Position numbers and translations under genes: made by a program
The notes under the pieces: generated by a model
Databases searched by the model: none
What the model saw: only the letters and a program-made list of their open reading frames with translations
Told to the model about the DNA's origin: nothing
In this document: piece by piece, positions 12,610 through 27,600 of the stretch
Layout: each line of letters opens with the position of its first letter
Numbering within the stretch: position 1 is the stretch's first letter
Source of the DNA: Lytechinus pictus
Lineage: Eukaryota
Direction of reading: 5' to 3'
Length of the DNA stretch: 64,000 nt
Assembly: GCF_037042905.1 (NCBI RefSeq)
Contig: NC_087251.1
Coordinates: 3,040,001 to 3,104,000, forward strand

Positions 12610-15606
12610 GTCACACATTTATTTACCACAATGCCATTATAATTTCATACAATGTACATTACAGGTCTGTTGATACATCTTGTGTTTTTATTCATGAGGA
12701 AACCAAAAATAAAAATAAAAAAAAGAAGGGGAAAATGCATTGATAAAACACACTGAAAATGTATATTACCATTTACCAAAGAATTGAATTCATGAAAACC
12801 ATGTTAAGTCCATATGTTGTTATTTAACTACTTTCACTTGCATACAAAGTAGGTATTGACAAGCTTATTTAAACGATCATTAGTGCTTAGACACATAAAT
12901 AATATTAACAAAAGACATGACATTTATCAAAATCAATTGGAAAAATATCAAGAGACAAGGAATTCTATTGAATAATAATTATAAGGATTCTATAATTAGA
13001 GTCATAAATGAATCTATGCATTTTATGTCCCTGAATGAATACAAGATAAAAGTAGTAAAATAAATGCATTACACCAGATTCACAGAATGTCCATTTAAAT
13101 TGTACAAATATATTTACACAATCTCTATTTACAGGAATTGTATGTACATAGCCCGTTCACTTGTAATGAATGTCTAATAAAAGTTGATTCAGAAGAATCA
13201 ATTGTATAGTGTATTGCCAAATAGTTCATTTCAATACCTACCAAAAGTTCATTTGTACTGTTATCAATAAATATTTCAGTTTTGTAATTATTATTTTTGT
13301 AATTCAAGGCATACTTGGCTCATACTGTTCTTAGGCAACATACATATAGCAGCTTCGAACATTTACTCTTGATGAAATCAAATGTTTGGCTAAAATGAAT
13401 GAAAGTATTCTAAATTCTGATGAAAAGAATAAGGTGGATAAATTTCAAGTTCTAATAAACTACTATTATCAGATTTTAATAATGACATTAGACATGCATA
13501 TTGATAACAAACAAACAATATTGGTAAATAGCATGAAATACAAACCAACTGCAATTCAATGTTCATATGGCACTCAAATAGAGTAATATTATGTGCACAT
13601 CACACACTCTGTAATGAATTTGTTGGAAGCCATCTACAGTGCATTCAATAAATACGTTTGAGCAAAGGCTACATACACATTGTTACTATTTTTGTGTGCA
13701 ATTCTCTTGCATAAGATCCAGAGATTTTACTTGGGCAGATTCACCTGTATTTAGTTTAAATTACCATAACCATCAAAATATAATCATTAGCATTATCTGC
13801 ATTTATTAAGCTATCATAACTCAGTTCAGACTTATAATAAGGAATGCACAATTACAACACTTAACCAATTAAGAAATACTGATTAAGTCATGGTTTAAAA
13901 AGAAACCATCTTGACTTTTTTTAAATTTGCATGTCACAGCTTATCTGCATAATCTTTGGAATGGGCACAATAAAAGTACTGTACATATTTACATACTTTA
14001 CATCTGGGGTGGTGCATTAATTTACTCATTTCTTCTGTGAATGTGATCAATTGAGATGTACTGAATTAATCTACATTGAACTATAAGGAGGAAAAAAAAA
14101 AAAAAAAGAAAAGAAGAATACCACTCAATGATTATGACCGTCATCAAACTTTTGAAACTCTGGGGTGGTATTTTGGAACACTGTCATAACTTTTGTCATA
14201 AATTTTGTCATTTCTCTCCGAGATGTGACACCGCTATGATTGTCACAAATCAGTATTCTGAACATTGTCTTTTCCTTGTCATATCCCTCAAAGTTCCCGC
14301 CCAACTTTTCGGAAGCAAACCAATCAAAATCATCGTTAGTTCCCAGTGGGAGCCCTTCTAGCCAATAGGAAGGCCCCGTGGCAGGTAGGGCGTATCCCCA
14401 ATGCAGTTGCTGGCATCGCGCAACTACGCGTATATTAATGCGCTTAATTAAAAAGAGAGACAGGGAGCTGTGAAGGATTTAAGAGGAGAAGTAGAAAAAG
14501 AAGAAAAACAAAGGAAAAAGGAGGAATTTAATATGTAGGGCCTAACTAATTGTAGCATGAAAATATAATTTTGAAAATTGTCATGGTTGATGAGTGAAAC
14601 TAATACCACAATCTAATCTAAATAATATCATTATATGCTTGACATTCAGTCGGCAGGGTATCGGGATATTTGGTGCTAAAAGATATGACAAAATTTATGA
14701 CTGCTACCCCCCTGTCATAACTTTTGTCATATCTTTTGCTTGAATAAAAGGATTACGCGCATTTAAAGCCGCGTGTTTTTGGTGCGCGCTAAAAAGAAGA
14801 GACGAAATTTATGACAATTTTTGTGACAAAAGATATGACATCCACCAGAATACCGATTTTGTCATATCTCTGAGATAAGATAAAATATGGAGAAAAGACA
14901 ATGTTCAGAATACCGCCCCTGGACATCATATCAATATCTTCCAGGATATTAGTGAACTTGTACTGGGACGGTTTTATGACTTGCTGTCAAGAGCTTCTAG
15001 CTTAGTGATGTATATATCTTTTTTTTTCTAGCTTTGCAAATCTAATTTTCATTATGTTAACTGACATTCTAGAAACCACAATACAGCATCAGGTATTCAG
15101 AAAAAATTGAATGATTTCAAAGACTATTTTATGAAAATAAACACTTCCGAATAATGGGAATATTACCTCATATAAAGAGAGTGAATTATTTGAAAGTAGG
15201 GTCCTGTTGCATAAACACTTCAATCACAAGCAAGTCAAATGTAAGTAATACATGAACACCAGTGTGGATGGCATTCAAGATGAATTTGATCGTAATAGGC
15301 CAGGGCTTATTGAAAACTACATTTATCTTTCTCTCCTATGACTTCTTCCTGAAAACAAGTTCATTTTATCAGTCAGCATGAGACGAGAGAGAACTATCCT
15401 TAATTTTTAGCATCATAAAATGGATGAATATGTCATATCCTGAGTAGGTAGTTAGTAAAATCCAACTGGTGCAGCAAGGCTTGGAGTAGAGAAAGGAATG
15501 CATCCACAATTTTGAGTAGCTAAAAAACAACAAAAAACAATCACACTTCAATGGCTAAGCACCAATGTCTTATGGCTGGAATGAGGCTCTGAGAGAGAGA
15601 GATTGT
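12610..15606 (-). other. Possible long 3' UTR of LBR
   Basis: AT-rich, no coding signal, directly downstream of the LBR stop codon, with candidate AATAAA signals on the minus strand near 12617-12622 and ~12687. The true 3' end cannot be fixed from sequence. Confidence 0.3.
14163..14918. mobile_element. PIF/Harbinger-like MITE
   Basis: TIRs gggtggtattttggaacactgtc / gacaatgttcagaataccgccc, with a 3-bp CTG duplication at 14160-14162 and 14919-14921. Repeated tgtcata/tatgaca subterminal motifs. Confidence 0.75.
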
Positions 15607-18600
15607 CTAGTAAATGTAAGGAATCATCCTGTACTTGACGGTAGCACAATACTTAGCCCAAGCTCCTCCATACTTCTGCCTGCAGGATGCATCATCACGT
15701 CGTTCCCGATGAACAAGGAGGATGAAGAAATAGATTGGGTAGAAGTATGGCACGATGCTTACAAAACCTACACAACAATAGAAGATGATATTCTTATTAT
15801 CCGAAATGAATTAATTAGGAAGTAGAATATGTGAATAAAGTTATTGTTATGTTAATATGCTTCCAAAACATTAACATTATTCTTGTTGATAAATGGATGA
15901 AGAAAGATTGATGTGAACTCAGTTTGGTATTATATCAAGGTAAGAAAATATCTTGAACTTGACTATATATATCAAACAATAATAGGTAGCATAAGTCACA
16001 GAGATGCCCAGCAATGGTATTAATTTCCTCCAGCAATAAATCCATATATCGTGCTGCACAGTCTTTAACAGCATCTGTTTCTTGAATATGCAGAGTGCTA
16101 TGAGTGGCAGCTTGATATGAAGCCACAGTAATTCCAAAATAGTGCCTTGGAAAAATAATCATCAATATTTTCTTCTCCTCCTGAGATGGTAATACTCTTC
16201 TTCTTCTGATAAAGTACAGTCCACTGACTGGTGTATTGTCGTACTATATTTGGCAGGTCTGGTGTGGAGTATGTACAGTGCCATTTTTAAATATTCTAAA
16301 AAGTTACTACTTGTAAGTGCAGCTAAAAAGCCATGCTCCTCTCTTAGCGAAGCAGGATGCTCTGTACCTCTTGTACTATTTTGGAATTACTGTGGCTTCA
16401 TATCAAGGTGCCACTCATAGCACTCTGCATATTTTCTTGTACAGAGAATGGAGGAGAAACTCACCTGTGCATAGTGACCATGATAATGCCATGAGCAGAT
16501 CACCCAGATAGTTAGGTTTACGTACAAAGCCCCACCATCCTGATACCAACAACCTCTTGCCTGTATCGGTTGGAATCGTCTGTAGACCTGTCAGGAACAG
16601 AATCAAAAGGAGAATATTTATCTTGGACTAAAAGAACAAGAAACCAGCTAAAACTTATGTGTGAGTATTTTTATTAGCTAACATATATATTAAAAAAAGA
16701 AACATGCTAAGGTATTTATTTGTTGGCATAAATATGTAGCTACATTATGTACCCAATTATAATCACATCATACAGTCAACCTCCATTATCTGACCTGTCA
16801 AGGTCTGTATCATTATGACTTGCAATTAACTATAAAATGATAATGGCCAATGGAAATATTTGTTTCAAACTTACATGATTGTATTGTATTGTATTCAGCC
16901 CCCCTCAACATTTTTCGCAATAAAGCTGCCACGCAAATTTTCTTGACCGCGTCGCTTGCTGACTTTTTACTTTCAAGTCTCGCACAACTTTTGAGACCAA
17001 AATTGCGACCCCCGGGTAAGTAGTTGCAAAATTTACGCAACATTTTGTAAGAGCATGCAGGCCCAAAATGCTCAAAAATGTGATTTTGTGTACAAATCCA
17101 ATGCAAATATTGTTTTTAGGCAAAATTCATAAATGTTTCATTATTTTTCCTTGAACTGATTAAAATCGATTACATCTCGTTTATGGTCAAAATAATTTCC
17201 CCAACAATTCCATTGAAGAAAAAAAAAGCAATACATAAGAAATTTAGAAAACAATATATGTATTATTCAGTAAATTAAAGCAAACTTTTGATTTTATGCA
17301 TAAATAAGCATATTTAATTAGCTATGAGATTTTGAACTTACAGTTAAGTAGATTATGCCATTGGTAACACGCGTGCCAATTTTCGTCGCGATCGCGTAAT
17401 CAACAGCTGTGATCATAGGGGGGCTGATTCAGCCCCCCCCCCGTTGAGAATCAGTGTTTGAAATATAAAGCTTATTGCAAATATTTGGGTTTTGACATTA
17501 CAGATCATATGATACAGATTCCTACGGTTCTAATAGATTTGACATTGATAATGACATGTGTATATAAATCCAAAAGCAATAAGGATGGCCTACCTGCAAC
17601 ACTCTTTCCATAAGGGTTTTGTCTGTAAGAATTCTTCTGACTGTTGGACATACGGAAGATGAAGTATCCAAGGGCTAGAATGCAATGATTCAAGAATAAA
17701 TTCATTGAAATCGTCGATATCATTTAGGGACCATGCTGGAAATAATGATCACCCAAACATTTGAACTATGAGATATTATTCAAGCAAAATATGACAGTGG
17801 GCATGCGATTAATGTTTTGGATTTCTGTGTACGTATGTGTGAGATTTTAAACACGCACAAAAAAGAATACATGTATGTCTTGCACTTCTTCATCTTAAGA
17901 CCAATGAGTGTTAAACTTAAGTATTCCAACCTGCTAGATTTGCAATGGACTGACAGACAGCCCTCATGCTGATTCCTATATACCCCCTTCAAACTTCATT
18001 TGGCTGGGTATAAATAAAAATTAATAAGAGAAAGAAATGCCTATGACTTACAGAAGAGCAAAGCCACTGGGATGAGGCAATAATCTGGGAAGGCAGGTGG
18101 GTGATCAGCTAAGTAACGAGCTTGAAGACTGTATGTGAATGGTACCCAGGCCAAATCACCAAAGACAAGCATGAATCCAAAGCCATCTTGGATGATGTCC
18201 ATCGTAGTCAGGATGGCAGACTATCAAGATGAAAGAAAAATATAATAATGCAATTGTACCAAAGCAAGTAATCTGTGATTATCATCTGTCACTCACGTCC
18301 GCATATGTGGATGTCATGTGACTTATCCAGTCAATCAGAGACATGTAGGTACCGTGCATACGGCACCTTGACAGAGTATATATAAGGCCTGCTTTTACAA
18401 ACTTTGCTCATTCTCCTGAAGATGACAAGACCACACTTGTCAAAACGTTGAGTTTGGGTGGTCCTTTTCGGGACCAACACTTGCCCAAGAAAAATACATG
18501 GTGTATCGTGAAACCTACTACACCAATCTGTGATTATATTAGCCAGGCCTGATATTAGCCATACAACAAACACAACATGATCATTACTGTAAATATGAAT

Positions 18601-21600
18601 TTCTCATTATCCTTTTTGTTATTCCATGAAATATAGACAGGTAAATAAGCATAAGCCGTTCGACCCCTAGTCAAAGAAATTTTTTTGGTCAAAGATAGAT
18701 TTACCTGTACTCAGCTTTGGACAAAACCAAGACATTCTAACTGTCTAAACATTTCCCATTCAGATAGCAGGAATCTTGCTATAACTGCATTTCCAAGGAA
18801 GGACGTAATTTTTCAATATTTCATAATAAATTAAATTTAAACCTCTTTACTGTATTTAAAAAATGCAACCCCCCCCCCCTTCATTTTACAAGATCCCTTT
18901 TACACATAAAATTGCATGAAAATAATGATTAAATAGATGACAGTATCTCCAATTGACAATTTCAATGCCATTAACACCCTTGACATACCTCATAAAGCAA
19001 AGCATCAAAGACATAGAGGAACTGGAAGACACAGACCAAGATGAGGTTCCATGGAGGATTATCAGGGAATTCAGTCCATACCTTCATCAAGCATGCCATG
19101 TTGATCAGAGCCTGGTATCAATAAGGAGATATCAACAAATTAATTTGACAAATGAAAAATGTAGTGCACATCAACGCATCACTCCAACAGAAATATGATG
19201 CGCGATGTTATGATGTTATGCAAACAGTGATTGATCACAACATTTGTTCTAATAGCCAATCCTTTCCCTTCACTTTTTAAGAATCCAGAAGTTTTCAATT
19301 GTAAACTCTGACGGCTGTTCTCGTATATAGTTATTTAAGTGCACTGGATTCCAAAAACTTCATACATTCTTTTTCTTTGCAGATGACAATTCTATCACTG
19401 CAAAATTGAATTCTAAATGGAATGTTGTAATTAATTTTTAATTTAATGATTTAATTTTTCAAGGACCTTCCTGGGAAAGAACACTCAAGTTTTTTATTGT
19501 TATCCTGATTAATCATCTTCTTTTTTCTATCTATAATGATATACATGTCCAAAACTTGAGAGATAAATATCAATAACATGACACTTACCCAAAGAAATAG
19601 TCCAGGACGTAGCTCACAGAAGAACTTGAGGTCGAGGCTTCCAAATCGAGGGTTCAGCTCATGACCCATGAAGAAGTCATAGAAGAAATTGCCTATACAA
19701 AAGGAAAATGTTTTGATGCAATAAATTCTTTTCGTTTTATTTCAATGGATCTGAATTTACACTTGTTTACAAATCTTTGTTACCCCCCCACCAACATTGA
19801 AATAACTTAATCCACTGAAAATTCAGAGTTATTTTGCACATTCTAGCTCAAAATTCGAATATTTTCCTACAGCTATGGTCAGTCCTTCCAAACTTTAATA
19901 GTGACTATCTGTTTACATGGTATTCTAAGTTTAGTATAAGCACTAAAGGGGCCTGGCCATAGTGACCATCTAAGTAGTAGTACAATTTCTAATCTCTCCA
20001 ATGCACTCTTCATACGGTGTATATCGGTTTCTCTGTCAATGATATGATTCATTACTCTCTCTGCACTCTTCACATTCTTCCACTCCCATCAATATATTTC
20101 TTTTCTTATTTGAAAAGAGAAGATTATATACCAGAGTTTCCTCCTGCAGCAAGAGCACTGTTTGGTCCTCTCCTGGCCTTGATATACAGGAAGAGACTGA
20201 GGAAGACAGAGAAGAGTGTAGCTGCTGTCATCAAAGGTAGGATCTTATCCACAATCAAAGTCACAGGACACTTGTAGTAGACCATGGCTCCAAAGGTTGC
20301 ACATGTCACAACCAGAGCAAACAAGCCTGTTAAGAAAATGATGGCAATGAAAATATATTGAAAGATATACAACTCTAAACAGTAAAGTATCCCTCATCCA
20401 ATACGATAGTAATAAGCAAATTTGTAGCAGGAAATATGTTTCCTTACACAAATATTTTATTTGTTTAACAGTACTTAATGTCATCTTGTAGACAGGCTCC
20501 TTTGTGGCTCTAAGAACTCATAACCTCCAACCTCCAAACACCTATAGAGTTTTTTTTTTTTTTGGGGGGGGGGATGTGCCTTTTAATACCAAACTTGAAA
20601 AAAAAATATTTAAAAAATCTGAACCAGCTGCATATTGGAATTAATAACTCCAAAGGTCCTTGTGAAAATTTGATAATATCAAATGAAATCAGGGGTCCGT
20701 GGTAACAAAGCCATTATTGTAAATACCAAAGAAACCTTGATCCAAGTTGTAACTCTTTATGAAACACTCCCATGTTGTTAGGCTACCATGATGATTTACA
20801 GCTACCAAACCAGAGGGGGTGGGGGGGGGGGGGTGTTTCACAAAGATTTAAGTATGACTTAGAGTCGCACTTAAATGCCGACGCATACATGATATGCAAC
20901 GCGCAATCTAATTGATAGATACGCAGTAATGTGCGTCCTCGTAACACGATCTGACCAATGCGGTCAAGACTTTCATACCGTACGCAATTCGGTATTTAAG
21001 TGCGACTCTAAGTCATACTTAAATCTTTGTGAAACACCCCCCAGTAAGTCAAAAAAGCTCCTTGAAAATCATTTGAAAGGAGTACATACCATTAGTCCTG
21101 TAGCTCAATCTCTTTCCTGATCTCAGAGGCTGACCTTGTACAATCTAAAGAAAGAAGGAAAGTATACAATGTATCTGTCTCAGTTATTAGTAAAAAATTA
21201 TAACCACCCCTCCAATAAATGAATGCATATAATCCATGTATCCTACAAAGTATTATTTTGCAGAACTATTTTTTGTGGTATAGTTCTTATAACAAGTGGA
21301 ACGCCTCTGGCTCTCTCACCTGCATCACGCGATTCAATATAGCAGCAGTGCTGACTTTGAAAACTACTATAAAATAATTATTCACAAAAAACACCATTCA
21401 TATAATGATACAATACTACATTCATTGACATTTGACCTTGATCATGTGACCTAAAACTTGTCAGTGATACTTGATTACCCCTATATCCACATTTTATATA
21501 TCTATAAACTTTGAAAGTTATGACAGCAATCTAATAATTACCTCTAAAATGGCCAGAGTTCAATGACCTTAAATGAACTTTGACTTTGGTCATGTGACCT

Positions 21601-24600
21601 GAAACTTGCATGAGATGTTCAGTGATACTTGATGACTCTTATGTCCAAGTTTTATGAACTATACCAATGTACTTACAGAGTTATGGTGGTAATTAAACAA
21701 ATACCCCAACATGGCCAAAGTCCATTGACCTTTGTCATGTGACCTGAAACTCGCACAAGATGTTCAGTGATACTTGGTTACTCTTATGTCCATGTTTTAT
21801 GAACTAGATCAATACACTTACAGATATATGATGGTAATTCAACAAATACCCCCAACATGGCCAAAGTTCATTGACCTTAAATGACCTTTGACCTTGGTCA
21901 TGTGACCTGAAACTCGAACGGGATGTTCAAAGATACTTGATTACTCTTATGTCCAAGTTTCATGATCTAGGTCCATATATTTTCTGAGTTATGCTGTCAT
22001 TTCAAAAACTTATACTTCGGTTAAGATTTGGTGTTGATGCCGCCGCCGTTGGAAAAGCGGCGCCTATAGTCTCACTCTGCTACATATGAGGGTGAGACAA
22101 AAACTAACTACAATGATAAAAATTCCTGGAGAATTCTTTTGAAGTGTCACAAGTACATACATGTATTACAGGAGTGAAAAAAAATAATGGCTGGAGTTAC
22201 ACCATTAATATATCAAATGAGTTTCCCTTCCCTTTGTGGCTTTTTTTTTTCAAATTAAGAGCTGGGACAACATTTGACATTAGCTTTCAAGTCACTGAAT
22301 AAAAAATATTTTCTTTGAAAGTTGAGACATGAGTTTACCTTGCCAACTGGAAGGAGACCAAGGATGACTTGGAAGAAAAACCATCCAATGTAGAATAGAT
22401 AGGCTTCTTGATCATAGTAATCCCTCCAATCAAGTGAGATTGGTGGTTTGTAGGATAGCTGACATCCTGATGGTTGACATGTGAAATACAGGTAATACAC
22501 TGTCAATGGTATACCAAGGATCATGAAGAAGGTACCTGTATGATCAAATTATAAAAATGGATATGTATACATGTAAAGAATGTTTCAACAAATGTAATTC
22601 ATTGCTACAAAGATATCACTTTTTCAAATATGAAATTCATAGATTTATTTTAAGTCTACTAGCCAGTTTTATACTTCAATTAATGCTAGCTGTGGTAAAG
22701 AACTGAATTTCAAACAGAATCCATTGAAGTCATCCCCAAAGTGATAGATATGCATAAATAATACCAAATGATTCTGGTATAGAATGTGTAATTGCTGAGT
22801 AATTGACAAAATAAGCAGGGTATTCCGACCAGATGTCTGGTCTCTTTCCAAGCAATAATAATAACACACTGTCCCACATGTGCTTATGGATGTTGGTGAT
22901 CTTCAGTGTGGTAATTTTCCAGCTTAGATTTCATTTATTCTAAGAGTTAGATTGATGAAAATTATTTAACATGACCTAAATCTACCATGGAAGTGTGGAA
23001 CGTTCAATAAATCACATGAAAAATTGATTGATTTGGAGAATGGAGAGTCCAAATATATATATTAGAAACTGATTAGTGATTCCCAAATTCAAATGTCTTA
23101 TTTGAGTCTTCTATATGTATGTGTTGCAGGTATTGAAATTGGTAAAACTGTTTTTGATTTGAAGAATTATTAAAAAAAGTATCAGTCACTTTTTTTTCAA
23201 GTCCTTTTTGTGTAATGCGACTGACCGATTTTTGGGACATCATGGCATCCACGATATACAGTATACAACCTTTCTGTATGTTATTGTTTTTAATAAAGCC
23301 TCAGTTGTCAAGATAAATTGACAGTACGACAGAAAGACTCACCGCTGTAAAACAGACAGCACCAAGTACGTGTATTGGAAGAGACACATAAAAGTGTAGG
23401 CCTAATGCGACTGACCATGGAATTGACCAAATAGCTAGATCATGCCTTATCATTATGGGTCTATATAATAATCACATCAGTCAACAAGAACTTACCTATT
23501 GGACCTCCAAATTCATAGTGTGTGGTTTTAGGAACTCTTCCTGACTTCATCTCTGCAGGTATTTCTAGCTGTTGTTTGCCTGATCTTGTCTGTGCTCTGG
23601 TTGTGTATGTATGTTGCTCAGTCTTGATCACTGTCTGTGTCTACATAAACCAATGACATACAGTTATAATGAACAAAGTCAATGTAGTATGTTTCAGATT
23701 GTTTTATACGTCTATTAATCAATTTATAAAGGCCTTTTTTATTTAATATCTTATTGATCATTATCATGATTACATGTACTGGTATACATTTTATTTCTCC
23801 CCCCTTTTTTTTTTTTGGGGGGGGGGAGGGGGATAACCTACAGTCTATGAATTTTTTAAAACAAGGGGGAAAGTACATCTTCTTTGGCATGTGGCTGACA
23901 ATGTCACACATCAATATTACAAATTCTAGTACTTTCCACCCTCACACACATACACAAGAAATAAAAACTTGATTAGAGCAAGCATCAATTGATAATTTTC
24001 AAAATTGGTATTTGTAATCTCATGTAAGTTACACTCACACTCAAGAAAATGTTAGTTAAAAATGGGGAAATGTGATCTATATAATATGAATACAAGAAAG
24101 TGAAAAGTTCAAAGAACATAATAGAATTAGACAGTGAAGATTCTTTACAAAAAGTCATGCACAAATTCACAAAAACGGCAAAATAAAAGATGTCTTATAA
24201 TGAATATAGATTCACTATGTATGCAAATTTTTCACATGGAGGCATTAGTATAAAAAAAAGGGAGAAAGAAAGGAAAGTCTTTTTTTAAACAACTGTAGAA
24301 ATTGAATTAGATAAATCAAGATTGTTAAACAAAGTACATGTGACATGTGTATATATGCAGTCACGCACACAAAAACTCATATATTTTGATAAACAGCAAT
24401 AAAACTATCAACAAAAGGAAAAGAACTTGAAACCAATTTCTCAAATCGTTTACCTTTGCAGTTTTTTTAAATGGACTCCGAAATGTCAAATTACCGACAA
24501 CCTTAATTATGTCAAAGTGCAAACAAATGAAAAATTAAATACATTTAATATGAATTTACATTTACAGTTAAATGAGTGCTAATGTGCTATGAGTAAATTT

Positions 24601-27600
24601 TAAATTTGGGCAATAAAGAGCTTAAATTAATCTTGTGCCAACATGCATTCACTATAATGCATACATGTATATTAATTAACAAAGAAAAAGAAACTAATAA
24701 ATATAGCTTTATCTGTAGACTTACCAAGCTTAATCTAAGTAGAATTTGCAAGCAAGCAAATTAATGTACATGCAATACACAGAGAGAGTACACACCCCAA
24801 CGCAGAGACTGAGCAGTACTGCAGCAGTAGATGTATGGTTATTCTATTTCAGCTACTATTTCTAACTCAGCATTTTAATCAGTAATTATTCTGGAATCTT
24901 AAGATTGTGTCCCAGGTGAAATTAAGTAAGCCTGTAATAGCATGACCAAAACAGCAGTGAGCATACGTATATTGACCCTATGACCTGCTTTGCATATATA
25001 TGTATTATGTACAACACATGAGCCTAGTATGTGTACACTGGTATGTTATGTCATTGAATCGTGTGATCATTATAGCACACACCGGGTGACTGATTAGATA
25101 TGACCTGTTCACACTGGTGACTAATACATTGTACATGTACACTAACCAAAACAGTGGTTATTAACATTTATTGAAAATCAAACAAAAAAACGATTATTTG
25201 CAGAACGTCCCCAACCTGCTACCTTATAATGCTCTGGGCATCTTATTTTTTTTTTTATTTTTTTTTTTTTTGGGGGGGGGGGGGGTGTAATGTAGATCTA
25301 TACCTACATGACCCCCCCCCCAAAAAAAAAAATTGCAAAAAAAAATAATTAATTAATTAAATTTTAAAACCCCTTCCTGTTCCTATTGGTAAGAAAGTTA
25401 TTTCTTTTTAAGCTAAGAGGAAAAAAGAATCCCTCAAAAACTCAGAATCAAGATCGATTTAGTGTGTTACAGATACATGTACTGTGTAAGAGAATTTGGC
25501 AATGCATTTTGTGCTGTTTACAGTTTTTTCCCTCCATTTCTATTTAATTAAATACCCTCATGTGGTACGTATACAGTGTAACTGATACAAGAAATGCATG
25601 TAGATTGTAACTAAAAGCCCTTTTCATTTTGGTCCTTGCAGAATGAGGCCTGTCAGCACCTAAGGTAACTTCCCCTTATATGTGAACTCTCTCTGTTTGA
25701 CTACCGTAATTACACATCCTGCTGCTCTACCAATAAACTTTGCAATATTACTCCTTCACTATTCACAAATATCTGCAAGTCATCAGAACAGAAGACCAAT
25801 AGTAAATGTAGGAGACAGAAAGAGGTGTTGGGGGAGGGGGAGATGGCAAACATGACACACACAATGAAGTAACTTTTTCCCAATCAAACATAATATTATA
25901 ATTATAAATAATTATTTTGAACTAGAATGTGATGACTTTGCCATGGGACCTGGGGAATGTCTGAATCCCCCCCCCCCACCCTCCAATATACAACGAGTCA
26001 AATCTACATGTTCAAGCCATTACATGTTGGCCTAACTACAGTATATGGGGAAATACGTTTTGTATAATGGAGCAATTTAGTATCTTCCATAGAACTTGGT
26101 AGACACTGACAGTAAATAAATACAAAAAGCAGTGCACTTATTAAGTATTAGTACTACATTGGAATGGAAGCTATGCTCAGGTTTAACCTTATCTTAACTG
26201 GGCTATTTCGGACCAGTATATACTGGGGGGGGGGGGGGTCAATTTGACTCCCCCTCAGATCTTGGCCGCTGATTGCGCGATCGCCGCGAAAATTTGCACA
26301 CGCGTAGAGCCGGATGTAAACTACAAGACTGTATAGAATTTTTTTTTCAAAATATTAATTGTTTATATTTTTTTATTAATTATGCAAATAAGCGTATGAA
26401 ATTTGCCCTAAATTTGGGTTTTTGTGTATGTTTTTACCTTTAACTCGATTTATATAGCTAGAAGAATGCTAATTTTTGGTGGGAGTATCAATTATTACAT
26501 TTCTAACAAATATCTACAAAAATATTGAAAAAATATGATTAATTTCTTATGTATTTTATTGTTTTTTTAATTCTTATGTATTTCTTTGTTTTTTCAAACC
26601 TTTGTTTTTTATTGTTTTTTCCAATGAACTTTGTCAGGGACCCTTTTGCGATCATAAATAGCATAAAATAAATCCCTTAAAACCAACAAAAGTGAAAATA
26701 ATCATACATTTATGATTTTTGGTTGAAAAACACAATTTGCATTGACTTTGTACACGGAATCACGTTTTTTGAGCAATTTCGGGTCTGACATGCACTTACA
26801 AAATGTTGCGTAATTTTGGAACTACGTACCCGAGCGTCGCAAATTTGGTCTCAAAAGATGCGCAAGACTTGAAAGTAAAAAGTCAGCGAGCGGTGCGGTA
26901 AAAAAATTTGGCGCAACGGTGTTGTGACGAAATTTGTCAAGGGGGGGGGGGGTCAAATTGACCCCCCCCCCCCAGTTTAATAAGGGTTAATGTGATTTTT
27001 AAAACCTGTTCCACACTACCTCAACGACATATGCAAGTATGCAACCCTAAGTCACAAGACCACAACACATACATGTACATACCACACTATCACCCCAATG
27101 AACCGATACAAATATGTATAAAATTCTATCCATTAAACATTAAAGGAGAATGAAACCCTTGAAACCAGCTGAATCCATATCAAAGAGAAAAATCAAAGAA
27201 ACATATTGTTGAAAGTGTGAGGAAGATTGAATGAATAATAAAAAAGTTATGAGCATTCGAATATTGAGATCACTAGTGCCATGTAGATCCTCCTAACGGC
27301 AATGCGACCAAGATCTGTGATATCACACACGTACAACTCCCTCATTACTTTAGTACTTATTTCACTTATATTCTCACTTTTATAGAGTCTATCACAAGGT
27401 GAGGTGTTCTCTTTATGAGATGACAAGTACAGAGGTTTCACAACATTATATCATTGATGAATCGTTTGTCATATGATTAGAATGAGCAAAAAGAGATGTT
27501 TTGGGGTATATTTTCAGTGTCCAAATGGGAGAGTTGTACGTGTGTGACATCACAGATCTTGGTCGCATTGCCAATGGGAGGATCTCCATAGCATTAGTGA

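Noticed and set aside
24440..24740. Candidate LBR micro-exons (10 nt near 24725-24734; ~22 nt near 24453-24475)
   Set aside because: They would shift the frame alone or together, and exon 28414-28620 already joins 23496-23640 in phase.
25620..25670. Plus-strand acceptor/donor pair suggesting an antisense micro-exon
   Set aside because: It is an isolated 23-nt match with no partner exons, as expected by chance.
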